DNA from: Tubiluchus corallicola
Lineage: Eukaryota > Animalia > Priapulida
Assembly (NCBI GenBank): GCA_030141605.1
Contig: JAQGDQ010000018.1
Coordinates: 62,001-126,000 of the forward strand
Direction: 5' to 3'
DNA length: 64,000 nt
Below, piece after piece: positions 13,801-25,559 of this stretch (position 1 is its first letter; every line of letters begins with the position of its first letter). A program made the position numbers and the translations under genes. Below the pieces are notes generated by a model. The model was given only the letters and a program-made list of their open reading frames with translations. It made no database searches and was not told the origin of the DNA.

Positions 13801-16288
13801 CAAAGAAATATCTACAATTACACATAAAAGATATTAAAAATGAAAATGTGGTTCATATTTTTCCTAAAAAAAGCACAAAAACAAACATGCTTAATGATAC
13901 ATACAACTTTGCCAAAAATGTTGTTGCTTTTAGCAATTCTTATAGAACTCATAAATTTTAGTTAGCAAGAATAATAAACTGTTTTCAGATTATAAAAAAG
14001 ATAGCTAACGGTTACAAAATATTGTGATAAATGTTACACTTTGATAAATCAACATCTGGACATTTAAAACTAGCCATGATTCAAAAATAATTGTGTTTGC
14101 TTATATAATATATAATCCTGTATACCCATGCATTTTTGTAAAAGCTCCGTTCAAGTAACTCAGCCTCAGATCAACATATTTTACCGCATTTTCTGCAATC
14201 TGCGGAACAGATGCCATAATTCGTTTACCTCCACCATTATAAACCTGTAATAGCAAAAGTACAGTATAACATGGGTATTTTAGAGAAGCCCAACTACAAA
14301 GTTATTTTACAGACTAGCCAATTCACGCTACTTTTCTACGATTAATTACCTAATATAAACCAGTGTTAGTATTTCTTACGCTATATAGGACAGCATTAGT
14401 TCCTAACTGTCACGTCAAGCTGCACTTGTAGAATCAGAATTAGTCATCAAATCTCTGAAGAAGTGAGGTATAAAGACTGGGTTTAGTCTCAAAAACGGCT
14501 ACGAAAACCCTAACTCCCTAGCCTCTGATGGAATAAGAACATTCATATGTAGTGCTTCACTAAGAGATATAGTAGTGATACATTAATTCTTAAAACTTAA
14601 GCTGACATGAGCTTCGTTGCAGGTAAATAATGAAATTATTATGCAAAATTAATTAATATGTCAAGTAAGTTAAAGTGATGAACCTTATAAAATAAACACT
14701 ACCTTTCCGAATCCTTGATTATTAATGGTTTTTACTTTTTTACAGTGTCCCAAACATAAATGTGCTCCACAGTGTTGACCAATGGTCATAGATTTACCAG
14801 TCATAGCATTTAACCTACAAAACAAATTATTGTTAACCAGATCATCAATTAATGCATAAAAATATGGTTAAATATATCAGAAATACTGGTTACTGATGCA
14901 CAACACAAAAAGATAAATGCCCACCTCAAAAACATATGCTTAGCACTCAGTCGTTCTTATCACATGCACATGCATGTGAGCATTCTTGTTATTATTGCTG
15001 TATTCTGTTTCAAGAAATCGAATTTTGAATTTTACAATTTCTGTAACAACTAAATTAAAACTCTTCCTATCACTCTTACAAATATTCTTCTGAAACTAAA
15101 TCACCTACAATAATATTATCTAATAACAGGTAGATGATGTTAACATGACAAGCCATCTAGAGTAATTTATTTTATCAAACAATTATGTAAAACAAAATTA
15201 TTTTATTTAAAATTATGTAAACTGTCTGAAACTTGCTAAATCTCTTTATACTGGATTAAATTTGAGAAATGCACGCATGTGAGAAAGAAAAGAAGTTGCT
15301 TGACCAACGTCAACTGAATATCTTGACCATGCAGACACAGTTCATAACATCTTATAGTAAATTAAGCCATTTGAACTGCTTCAAATACACAAACAGTTGT
15401 TTGTGCAGTTTTCAATCAATTAAAAAACTAACCGGACAGTATCCATAAATTTCAGTATTCTTCTGCGCTTTTCCGCATCATTTTGTAGCAATGCCCAGTC
15501 GCTCGGCAACCGTTTTTGTTCATCGTGCAGCCGCATATCACCACCAACAGAAATTAACTGGCAAACAATATTCACATTCCCATTCCAAGCAGCTGCATGG
15601 AGGGGGGTGGACCCATCAAGACTGCGCCTAATACAAAAAATTATAGTATTAACATTGTGGATAAATGAATGCTATACTGCAAGCATATGGTGCAATCATT
15701 ATTACAGTTGCACAAACAGAGTTATGAAACTACAAACATAATCATATTTCATTGCTAAATATAAAACAGTGTTACATTTACTATGCAGTCAAGAGGGCAG
15801 GTGGCAAATATACAAAAAAATAATTATTTAATTGACGTACTCATTTGGGTTTGCTCCTAGACCAAGAATCATGTCTACTGGACTTTCCCTACCTTCAAGG
15901 CAAGCACGGTACAAAGCTGTTTGGCCTTTGCTGTTTTTGACATCGATTGACAAATCTGAAGACATAAAAAATAAGTCTAGATCTTTGAATCACTGTACCA
16001 AACAGTACAGTATCAATTATTTTTACTATTTGCTGGCACAACATTATTAAATCATTAACTGCTAAATACTTTTTGGAAAATTATCAAATTTCAAACACAA
16101 CCTTGAGCACTTGTAACTTGAATAATTATGCAAGACCTACCCGTGTGTTGTTCAAGTAATCGCTGAACATGCTTTACATCACCATGAAGAGCCGATTTAA
16201 AAAGCTCCTTCTTTACAGTTCCGCTAGCTAAACTGCCAACCACTACAGGTGCATTGTTTAAATGTGACTTTAGCCTGACTATAGGCAT
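338..16288 (-). CDS. TEX14: TEX14-like ankyrin-repeat pseudokinase, multi-exon, 3' end outside the window
   Basis: 21 GT-AG exons in consistent phase: 16141-16288, 15841-15955, 15433-15627, 14703-14814, 14126-14244, 13621-13719, 11206-11329, 10375-10544, 10072-10214, 8608-8810, 7790-7893, 7511-7615, 7045-7209, 6654-6788, 5763-5896, 5306-5357, 3727-3881, 2604-2721, 2082-2202, 1595-1705, 338-404 (2695 nt). The translation has ankyrin repeats (GQTALYRAC...GANPNE; DGSTPLHAAAWNGN...GGDMRLHDE), then GFGK, LRHPNILLLMAV, IHTAVTSHAV, LGNFEYM, YNWLAPE and DIYSF, matching recalled vertebrate TEX14 segments. Confidence 0.88.
864..1234. repeat. Intronic tandem duplication, 2 x ~185 bp
   Basis: GAGCCAGTGAAATACACG...GCACTCAGCGG occurs at 864-1048 and 1049-1234 with only a few substitutions or indels. 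Confidence 0.95.
7913..8501. mobile_element. Tc1/mariner-pogo (Tigger-like) MITE
   Basis: TA|CAGTAAACTACGTATAACTCGAA ... TTCGAGTCATACGTAATTGACTG|TA: imperfect TIRs starting CAGT, with a TA target duplication. Confidence 0.8.
8608..14814 (-). CDS. TEX14: TEX14-like pseudokinase domain exons
   Basis: Seven exons (14703-14814 to 8608-8810) with canonical splice sites. The kinase fold motifs are degenerate: VSVRK, IHTAVTSH, GNFEY, WLAPE, DIYSF, IPPW. Confidence 0.9.
8949..9764. mobile_element. Degenerate pogo/Tigger-like MITE
   Basis: TA|CAGCCAAACTTCTTTGTACC...TTTGGGACC at the left end and GGATAACAAGGTTTGATTG|TG at the right end; imperfect TIRs. Confidence 0.55.
10739..11144. mobile_element. 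MITE, PIF/Harbinger-like
   Basis: Inverted ends CGACAAGCTTAGGTCGAC...CAACACAACTGA and TCAGTTGCGTTG...GTCGACCTAAGTCTGCCT, flanked by TTA/TAA, with internal CAACTG subrepeats. Confidence 0.65.
13270..13385. repeat. Degenerate (GAT)n simple repeat
   Basis: Imperfect GATGATGAT runs. Confidence 0.7.
15433..16288 (-). CDS. TEX14: TEX14-like exons 1-3 (ankyrin repeats)
   Basis: Exons 16141-16288, 15841-15955 and 15433-15627 give MPIVRL...LFKSALHGDVKHVQRLL / DVKNSKGQTALYRACLEG...GANPNE / DGSTPLHAAAWNGNVNIVCQLISVGGDMRLHDE. Confidence 0.9.
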
Positions 16289-18539
16289 TGTTTAATCTAA
16301 CCACTATGTGTAAAAAAAGGACATTTAATAAACAATTATTAGTACTAGATACAATGTAGAAGCAATTAGTCATATGATTTGAAAGTAATTCTTAATCATT
16401 TGAAAAATCTCACAAAATGTCAAAAATTTCAAGACATAGTAATAACAACGAAGATCATAGTAAACACAGCAAAACCACACAGAGGCAAATGTGTGTGTGA
16501 GTTCTCATAGCCACTGAAATATATTTTATTGCATTTTGTAAAATATAAAATATATATTCTTTTCTGTTTGTTAAATAAGTTTTAAAAAAATTTAAATTAG
16601 TCTTGCACATTAATCAAATATCTATACAAATGTATCATCTCTCAGGTTTGTCAGCTTTTAAGGACAGTGTAGATGCCGAAAGTGACAGCGAAATTTGGAT
16701 GTCATTCACGTTTGATGATATCAAGCTGGTCTTGATTTGGTCAATCATCAGTTGGGATGAAAAGCCAATAACAATATGTGCTGATAATTCAGTTATAAGA
16801 GCCCAATTATAGTGGGTGCATAAACAGCACGCTGTCACTAAAAACAACAAATTATTAACAAAAAAATGATTGCATATATTTTGTAAGTGCATGGGGGCAG
16901 TAATTTCCATTCGTAACCAGGCATACACTTTGCAGACTTATTCCAGGATGTGTTACAATGCACTGTGGCGACTAGGCAGCAAATGCGCAAGCTAGGTGCT
17001 TTGACAACCTATTCTTTCCGATTATTTAAAGGTGAAAATTTGTACAATAATCGAACATGTTTAGAGTTATCCGTTTAATTCAAAAACTCATTTCTGCTTC
17101 TACTTTAATTCCTGAAATATTTCATAACTTCTTATTTCATTGTCGAAGTTCTTTTTTACATGGTTTTCTTTTGCAGCACATGCTAAAACAAAGTTCGTTT
17201 TCATACAACTTTATAAGTCACTTTCGTACTATTTCAGAAATAAAGAGAAGACAGAGAACAGCCCTTCCACAAATAACTACATGTAAATTACCTGTCAGCG
17301 AAAACAGATCGTGTGGAGAGAATTCACTGTTTTGAATGACATTCTTTTGAATATCATGCTTTTGAAAAATAGCATGAACTAGACTTTAGTTTTTTATTTT
17401 GGACAAACTCATCCTGCTCTCGTATCCATACTCAGTACAAAATTTATGTCAGACAAAGATGATGATACCAATAAAAAGAAACTAATGTTTTTGGCACGTA
17501 CGAATTGTTTACTATAATTTAGTAATAAATTAATTGTTTATTGAGGTTACGAATGACACAAACTGCTTCAAACAAAGTTGTTGCGTCGCAACAAATTTTG
17601 TCACAGGGGAGGGGTTAGCGCCAGAAAGTTTGTTGCAAAAGATTTTTTGAACATGTACAATTAGTATTACTACACAGTATTAGTAAACGTTTCACTTTAG
17701 CAAGCAAGTTTTGTCACTTGAAGCTTTGTTAATTAGTACAGGTATGCAAATATAGAGTATAGTACAAACAAAACACACTGCAAAAATTTAGGCTTGAACC
17801 TATTAGTGTGTGTTTTATAACGTCTCCAATACAGCTTTACACTTCTTTAGCGCTAACAAATTCAAATAGCACCACACCAAAACTGGCTCCAGAAAAAGAG
17901 CGTCTGCAAAGCTGCAGCACCAAATTTTCGAACAATGATGGCGAAAGGCTTGCCATCTATTGACAATAAGCAAAATTATATTATGTCCGCCAGCAAAATG
18001 AAATCTGCAATTATAGATAATAATTCTCTACATTTAAATTAATGCCCTGCATTTTAGACCCAAATTTTATGTGCCCTCAAAAAAAACAACTAACAACTTT
18101 CACAGTGTCACTGACGCCAACAGATTTATTTATAAAAGAGAAACTGTCATAATAATTGACATGCTTGCATGCGTTTATCCTTACCTAAAACAAAACTTAT
18201 CAGGCATAATCTGACGCGACCACTTGTTAAAACTTACTGATCTTGTGTGAAAAAATTATTGTTACATATAATTTACTAATGATTTAATTTCTATTAAAGG
18301 TGATTTAATTTCTTTCTATGTATTCAAAAAGTATGCTTCCATTTTCAGTATTTTATCATAATTTCAATGTATATGCAAATTTATTATCATGTTATCATTA
18401 ATAAGAATTATGAAAGAATTGTATTTATTTAGTTTATACTGTTTAGTTAGGAGACCTAAAGGACATATTCAACTTCCTTATTTCTTGGATACTCTCCCTT
18501 TGGGTACAATGTGCTACTGTACGAGTCAAGTACTACTAT

Positions 18540-18987
18540 ACCAAGGAGTTCAAACCTGGGTCAAAAGTGGATTAGATCATAAATTTCAAGACTAAGACCA
18601 AAAACCCAAGACTGCCTCTTTTACTACTAAGACCAAAAGTGTACATATTGAAAACCAAGACTGAAAGCATTATTGCTTAGAAGTTAACAGTGCATTTGAA
18701 GTATTTTGTGAATGTTTAATATTCAGTTTTTTATGGACTATCTTGGCAAATGATGAAAATAAGTACAAAATGCTCACTTAAAATTAAAATTAATTGCAGT
18801 TTGGATAAAATGGAAAAAACGCCAAGATCGAAAAGGCTTGGAAGAAAAGTTAAGAACAACGCCAGACCAGTATCAAGATCAACACTGGCAAAAACTAACA
18901 CCCATAAGGTCATAGACCAAAATCACAACCAAAACTGGCTAACCTATCCTTGAGACCAGACAGTCTCTTGAGAAGCATACCTCACTA
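18540..18987. mobile_element. Non-autonomous DNA transposon (CAAGAC-subrepeat, hAT-like)
   Basis: Repeated CAAGAC/AAGACC hexamers at 18587-18662 and 18820-18960, ending in TGAGACCAGACAGTCTCTTGAG...CCTCACTA. Confidence 0.5.
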
Positions 18988-19780
18988 AACATGCTGCATC
19001 ATGCTTCCTTAACTTCTTAACAAGGCGTTGCAAAAAAGGGCTCAAAAGTTTATCTTGCTTTACCGTATTCCTCTCAAATATAATTATATTCCATGTACCA
19101 AACATTGTATAATATCTTTTCTATTCCACAAAAAGTGTTAACACCTCAATAAAATGTAACAAAAAATAAAATAAACCAGTTAAGTTTGGGTTATAAGTCT
19201 TGTATATGCTAAATTGATATTATATACAAGAATATGATAACTAAAATTAAAATTCTATTATAGTAATTATTACTATAGTGATTTTTAAATGCTTTAATAT
19301 GATTGAATGTTACAAAGAATTTGTAAAACACACTTGTAAGTCTTTTAAATTCATACTTATTTACTTGCACATATTTAATTAAATAAAAATTATGGGATTC
19401 TCCTGTCAATGCAACAAATATTATACAATAATAAAGAAAAATATATATACTGTCATATTTTATATAATTGCAGTCATAATGACTAGAGATCTTGAACAAA
19501 ACCAAACATGCATACAAGCATTTCAGTTCTAAACAATTAATATCTGAAAAGCAAATATGCCAGCAAGAAAACTGCACAAGACTTAATTTACATTTTAACA
19601 GCAAAAATGTAAATTATGACAGAGGATATGGTATGACAAATTGTTGCATGACCAAAATGCACGAAACTACCTGTGCACTTCAACATGATAAAAATCACAT
19701 TTGAGAGGCAGTTCACGACAAACTCTATACTAACAAGCTTGTTAAACTGCCAAGAAAAATTGTCTTAGATAAACTTCTAT

Positions 19781-20980
19781 TTAATCATTTGATAAACTCA
19801 AATAATTACGAGAATGTGAGCGAAACCAGAATGTAAACCAATTACTGCAGCAACCTTGAGTAAACTGAGATTTTGTGGAAAAAACACATTTAGCAAGTCC
19901 ATTATGGCGTGCTTTACGACATTCTAACCATGTTAGATTCTGTGAAATTAAGATAACCTGTTGAACAAGCTGAAGACAACAAAGGGCTGCAATCGTGCTT
20001 GCATAAACTGCACTGGCAAAACACATGCCTATGTGAATATCAGTGTACACAAATTCACAATCAACAGGAAAAAGGAAGTAATCGAGAAACATTTCGGGCG
20101 TGCACACTGTGGTCATGGTGAGATGAGCACCATAAGACAGAGACATTACACACAATATTAGGCAAATAATAAAGGAACGGTGATTGTTTGCCCCAATGCA
20201 ATGATTTATCCAGATGCAGTGGTGATCCCTCCGGTCAATGCACATGTTACAGACTTTGCAGTGGTTTACTCTGGGCTCAAGCTCTATATTGCACACTTCA
20301 CAACAAGTAACCAACTTTTCAGTAGGCTGCAAGCCATTTGTCGCATCAGACGAAACTTCCACATCTACTGTAGAAAAGGTTGAAAAATTTGCTGGCTTGC
20401 TCATATCGGGTCGTCCCATGATACCTGGATTCCCTTTTACAACATGAAGCATATAAAGTGCCAATAGGGACAGACATATCAGTATAGCGTTTTCTGAAAC
20501 ATGCACTTCTCTATAAGACAGTACCATAAATTCAAACACCCACATTAAAAATCCACATGAAGTCAAACACCAGGCATAGCAAAATCTTGTATCCTGCTTA
20601 AATCGCAAGCCTTTGCCACGAATATACAATGCTGCGATGGGCACTAATGTAAATGACAAAATTGTTGCGACAATTGATAAGCCAGCAAACATTACGCACA
20701 ACGGAATTATAAAAATTGGCGCTATGACATCAAACTGCAAATTCAACTTAACAGCCCCTCCAAACCATGGTACACGTAATCTATCTGAAACTGTGTCCAA
20801 GAAAGATAAATATTTATTATGTTCCACTGGAGTCTTCGTAACATAATGTTCCACGATGTCATCTAGATCCTCACAATCACAACACACAGCCATCATGTGA
20901 GAACGTTCACCTGTCAAATTGATGAATTCACAGCAACAAAGTTCATCTTCATTAGTTAAATAACTATCGCTTCTTGGCAT
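19781..20980 (-). CDS. ZDHHC23: DHHC palmitoyltransferase, ZDHHC23-like (399 aa, single coding exon)
   Basis: N-terminal ELCCCEFINLTGERSHMMAVCCDCEDLD and SDRLRVPW are characteristic of ZDHHC23. The Cys-rich domain reads CEVC...NHCKVCNMCIDRRDHHCIWINHCIG, with several hydrophobic TM segments. The track's TTG start at 21013 is intronic: the acceptor TTTTCAG ends at 21001 and the first in-frame ATG is at 20980. Confidence 0.93.
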   Translation of the reverse strand: MPRSDSYLTNEDELCCCEFINLTGERSHMMAVCCDCEDLDDIVEHYVTKTPVEHNKYLSFLDTVSDRLRVPWFGGAVKLNLQFDVIAPIFIIPLCVMFAGLSIVATILSFTLVPIAALYIRGKGLRFKQDTRFCYAWCLTSCGFLMWVFEFMVLSYREVHVSENAILICLSLLALYMLHVVKGNPGIMGRPDMSKPANFSTFSTVDVEVSSDATNGLQPTEKLVTCCEVCNIELEPRVNHCKVCNMCIDRRDHHCIWINHCIGANNHRSFIICLILCVMSLSYGAHLTMTTVCTPEMFLDYFLFPVDCEFVYTDIHIGMCFASAVYASTIAALCCLQLVQQVILISQNLTWLECRKARHNGLAKCVFSTKSQFTQGCCSNWFTFWFRSHSRNYLSLSND

Positions 20981-21695
20981 GCTCTTGTCATGACTGTAAT
21001 CTGAAAAGGACAAAAACCTAAAGTACTATAAAAATCACGTAATGTACATATAACATCAATTAGAAATAGAGCATCAATTAGATTAGTAACCAGTAATATG
21101 TTACTATTAAGTTTTGTGCTATTCGCTCTCAGCTCAAACTTTTTCTTATATTACCAAAATTATAGAATACCATGACTATTTTGTTTTTTCTAGTTACAGA
21201 TAAGAAGGTACATAGAAAAATAGTAGGCTTTAAAATGCTTATTCGACAAAGCAGATGCTGTAAAGAATCAGAAAAGCAGTGGATCCGTGGACTTTTAGGA
21301 TCTTGGATTACTGAAGTACAATGTTCACTGAGATTTCAGAAAAACCCCAAATAACTAAGTTTCATTAAAACCCTACTAGTAACAAGAACCAGTAAAGAAA
21401 GCATAAACACCATAAACATTTAGAATCTATCAATTCGATTAAGCATTTGAGTTCTATTTTGAGATTGAGCCAAATCATGGAAACATTTTTCTTGATTTTT
21501 TACTTGGCAGCACTCACTCTAGTCAAGCCTGTAACAATCAATCCATCTTTGGAACTCAGCCTGTAATTTCTCAGTGTGAAATCGTAAAATTCGTAAAACC
21601 ACTCTTTAAAACAGTTATTCATCTACAAGCATTACATAATCTTCACAAAACTCAAGCTGGTGAGCTTAATTTAATCAAAAAGACTATTTTATTTC

Positions 21696-21890
21696 TTTCA
21701 CTAGCTTTTGCCCTAATAGGCCTCATCAGCTGAAAATTATAGATAAAATGTTAAAATAGTATGTACAAGTGTGCAAGTAAAGATTAAAAACAAAATAGTA
21801 GAGCTCTAAACATCATTGATTTGAATAATAAGTTAGAGCACACTTGTTCATACTGTTATTTGTAATTTTCACCTAATGAGGCCATAAGAG
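21696..21890. repeat. Short inverted repeat with two eroded minimal hammerhead ribozyme motifs (Penelope pLTR-like)
   Basis: Minus 21736-21696: TTTTCAG CTGATGA GGCC TATTA GGGC AAAA GC TA GTGAAA. Plus 21866-21887: TTTTCAC CTAATGA GGCC ATAA. Arms 21719-21774 and 21838-21883 are reverse complements apart from one indel. Confidence 0.6.
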
Positions 21891-22584
21891 AAAAAACCAT
21901 CTCAACAGATACGGACCTTTATTCTTTATACAAGAAGACGTTATGAGGAATAGCTTGCTAGTAAAAATACGAAGAATCGAAAAAATTCTTTTTTGCTACA
22001 GTAAACATTTCCTTAAATCACCACCAACAAATCATTATTTGTGCACCTGAAGATGTTGCATCTACTATACACGACCTATTTCTTCACATATGAACCCTTG
22101 AACGTTCCAGTTTCAGTCCCAGCAACAGAATAGAACTCTTGAAAATCTTATCAATGTTGAATTCACACTGCATGTTTATCTAAAGTTAATTGCCTTGAAC
22201 CCATCCAAAGACCTGATAACATTCATGGCTTCATTTTAAAATATTGTGCCCCACAGTTAGCATTACTCTTGTTCTTATTATATAGCAAGCCATTTGATTC
22301 ATCTTGTGTTCCTCAAAGGTGAATGAATTAGTAAAGCAAATAATCGTTCGTAAGATACTATTACATAGTGTTAGTATTATACTTATATTACTCGAACAAA
22401 TTTACATACCGTGGCATTAGGTCTATGACTGAATGATTTCATATTGATACTGTTATACTGACATGATTCGGGGTTAAGCGAGTACACTCATAGAAACCCT
22501 TATTTTTCCACAAAATAATTGTTGATAAGGATATAAATTTTACTATGATTGATGCAGCAACCACCATGGCAGGCAGATTATGCC

Positions 22585-25195
22585 ATTCATTCACTTCTTG
22601 TTCTTCAAAATCTCAATCCACTGTTGTAGGCACTGAGGTATCAACATTGATCAGAGTATTCCACCCTCTTCTATCTGCAGCTAACAGCATAAGTTCTTCT
22701 ACTCCTAAAGATAGATTTGGTTGAAGTTGTTGAACATCTTTATTTATCTTAGTTATCCAAGTTGTTTTAGGTTTACCAGGTGGTTTTTTGCAAGGTTTTA
22801 AGGCTTCCTTTAAGTCAATTCTTACTGGTGCTTCATTTGGTAATCTTAGAAGACGTCCTAGCCATCTTAATCTTCAGATCTTGACTTTTGAACTCCAAGA
22901 AATTTCTTTTGTTCTGGTGTATAAATCTTCATTTTTGATTATGTATGGCCATCTTATCTTTAAAACTTTCCTAAGGTGACTTCTATGAAATGTGTCAATC
23001 TCCTTTTCTTGAGTAATCGTTAAACCCCAAGCTTCACTGTTGTACATAAATATGCTGGTAACGTAAGCATTAAATAATCAAAGTCCTACATTAAGACTTA
23101 ATTTCTTGCTAGTTAATACATTTTTGTGCTGAAGAAAAGCATGTATTGCTTTTGGCTTTCTACTTTTAATGTCATCTTTGGTGCTTAGAAAAGTGTCCAT
23201 GTACTTGCACTTTTTCCAAGACTGATTACCATCTCTTGCAATAATATTCTTCAGTTTTTGACTGGTTTACTTAAAGATTTCTTTTCTCTAGTTTTTTTTT
23301 TGGAAAATCCCTTTTTATTGTGTTAGTTTGAAAATTTGATACACTAATCCATCCAATATCATCCGCATATTGTTGATCAATATGGAATGGTTCATAGGAT
23401 TCCAAAGCAGGATAGGAGAGATCCAGAATATGTTGAGGAAGGTTATCACAGACAGTGGTATTATAATCATGATCATCATTTGGAGGAGTGTGGATCTTAA
23501 GTGCATTTGCTAGGTAGAGCATGAAAAGTATTGGACTAAGACAGTCCCCTGGGGGACCCCAATATTCATGCTAAAAGTTCTTCCTAAGATGTTCCCAACT
23601 TTTACAGTAAGTTTAACATCCTTTAGTAGAATTGTACTGATGTGCAGTTCGTCTGGTTGTAGTACAGTTTGTAGGTCATCGAACAGAATTCCTCTTGATA
23701 CAATATCAAACACCTTGCTCATATCAAGTAACAAAATCGTGATTTGATAACAATGCTGGATGTGACTGCTTTTTCTGCTAGTATTTTTGATGACATTACT
23801 AGTTCAGTAGTGCTACGTCCCTCCATACATGCAGCTTGACTTGGTCGAATGTTGCCACTTAATCTGTCATGTATGTATCTGATCACGTATATGGCCAAGA
23901 TTTTCCTTAACAAACTCAGCACCATAATTGGTCTTAATTTTCTACTGGTCCTTTCTTCTTTTTAGGCTTTGGAATAGGCACTAATATCCCTTGCTTAACT
24001 TCTTTCAGATAACTTCCTGTTTCTGCAATACTGTTTAGTAAATTTGATATTCCAATGCTAATGATCTTTGGCCTATGCTTTAGCTGTTCTGCTACAAGAT
24101 TATCTATACCTGGGCTTTTTCCATTCTTTAAAGATTTTATTGTCTTTAAAAACTCTTCAGGAACAAAAGGTGATTCTATTGCCATTGGTTTAATCTCAGG
24201 AATGGTTTTTTCATTACTGTTGTTATAAGCTCTTTCAAAAAATGTAGTTATAATTTCTGATAATTTCTAGTTCATTGGCAGTAACCCCATCATCAGTTCA
24301 ACTAATATCCTGCCTTCTGGCTTACTTGATTTTCCGAATTGCTTTATACATCCTACTAGTCATTGTGCTTCAACCTAATTTCTTTCTGTTCAGCTGATAA
24401 AATGTCAATTTGTTCACTGCCAAAAATCTTCTTTGCTCTGTTTGTAGAGTGACCCAAAACTTCCTTTGATGCCTTTGTGCATCATAAACAATGTTATCCC
24501 ATTGCTCTTCTACATTGGCTTGTGTAGTTTCTTTGAAATGATGCTCAAATTTCTCTTGATATTTAATTTCAATATCTTGATGTTTTAATTTGTCACACCG
24601 AAATTGCGTAGAGATATTATCCTTTGCCAGGGTTGCCAACTTCCTCTTTACATTGAACTTTGCAATTACTAGTCTGTGGTCTAAGAAAGTTTCACTGCCA
24701 CTGTATGATCTTGCATCATTTACTTTAACCCTGTGATCCTGTGTTTCTGCTCAACCATAATATAGTCAATCTGGTTCCTAACAGGTTTTTGCTTATTTTT
24801 TCTATCTGGAGCTTCCCAAATAGTTCTAGGAGCCATCTTATGATCGAAAGTTGTGTTAATAAGTATCAATTCATTTAGTTGAGCAAGATCTAAAAGCTAT
24901 TTTCCAATTGTTGTTTAGGTCACCTTTCCCAAATATGCCAATATTGTCCGGATAATAGTAGTACCCTGAACCAGTTTTTGCATTAAAATCACCTGCTACT
25001 ATTAGAAAATCATGATCGCTTACTGTCTGTATGATACTGTCTAAGTCACTGTAGAATTTTTCACGTACCACATGATTTTTCTCACTTACAGGTAGGGTAG
25101 GTGCATAGGCAGATATAACGGAATATTGCTTGTTATCCATCTTTACTTTAATCATACAAATCATTTCAGCCAACAATCTTAATGTCCCGTAACAC
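22585..25195 (-). mobile_element. RTE-clade LINE, decayed and 5'-truncated
   Basis: Frameshifted APE endonuclease (SAYAPT, GDFNAK, DHRLV) and RT (LKNGKSPGIDNL, DMSKVFD, GVPQG, YADD), C-terminal RWLGRLLR...AADRRGW, and a short GAA/GAAT tail. Confidence 0.9.
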
Positions 25196-25559
25196 TTTTG
25201 CTAGAACAAAGATTTGAATGCTGTTTTGGATTGCTTTAGGGGCACTAAGAGAATCTAGCTGGACTAACCTCTACAAAATGTCAGTAATTTTTGTAGGGGG
25301 GCAAATAGGGGCCGAATTTCAAAAATTTACAAATCCTGTAAAATGCATATCAAATTACTCGTCTTGTCACACTGAATAAAAAACATATAGTTTGCCTACC
25401 TTTGACCTTTCGTTAGGTCATTATGACTGCAAGTTCGATAAGGTCGATTCACTACTTTTACAGTAACTGAATATTAACGAATGTCAAGATATGGCCGCTC
25501 ATTAAACAGTTTTAAACTATGTCCTCTAGTTTTAGAATCAACAACTAAATTAAATAATT

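Noticed and set aside
17026-17700. Kolobok-like MITE (TTAAAGGTGAA...TTCACTTTA), or a TEX14 5' UTR exon with a donor near 17291
   Set aside because: The terminal match is very short and the two readings cannot be told apart from sequence alone.
19209-19604. 131-aa minus-strand ORF
   Set aside because: AT-rich ZDHHC23 3' UTR sequence with no recognisable domain.
20981-21013. TTG start of the 410-aa ORF
   Set aside because: It lies in the polypyrimidine tract upstream of the acceptor at 21001.
21900-22200. Possible GIY-YIG remnant on the minus strand next to the hammerhead pair
   Set aside because: Only a vague ETGT similarity; it cannot be supported without a profile search.
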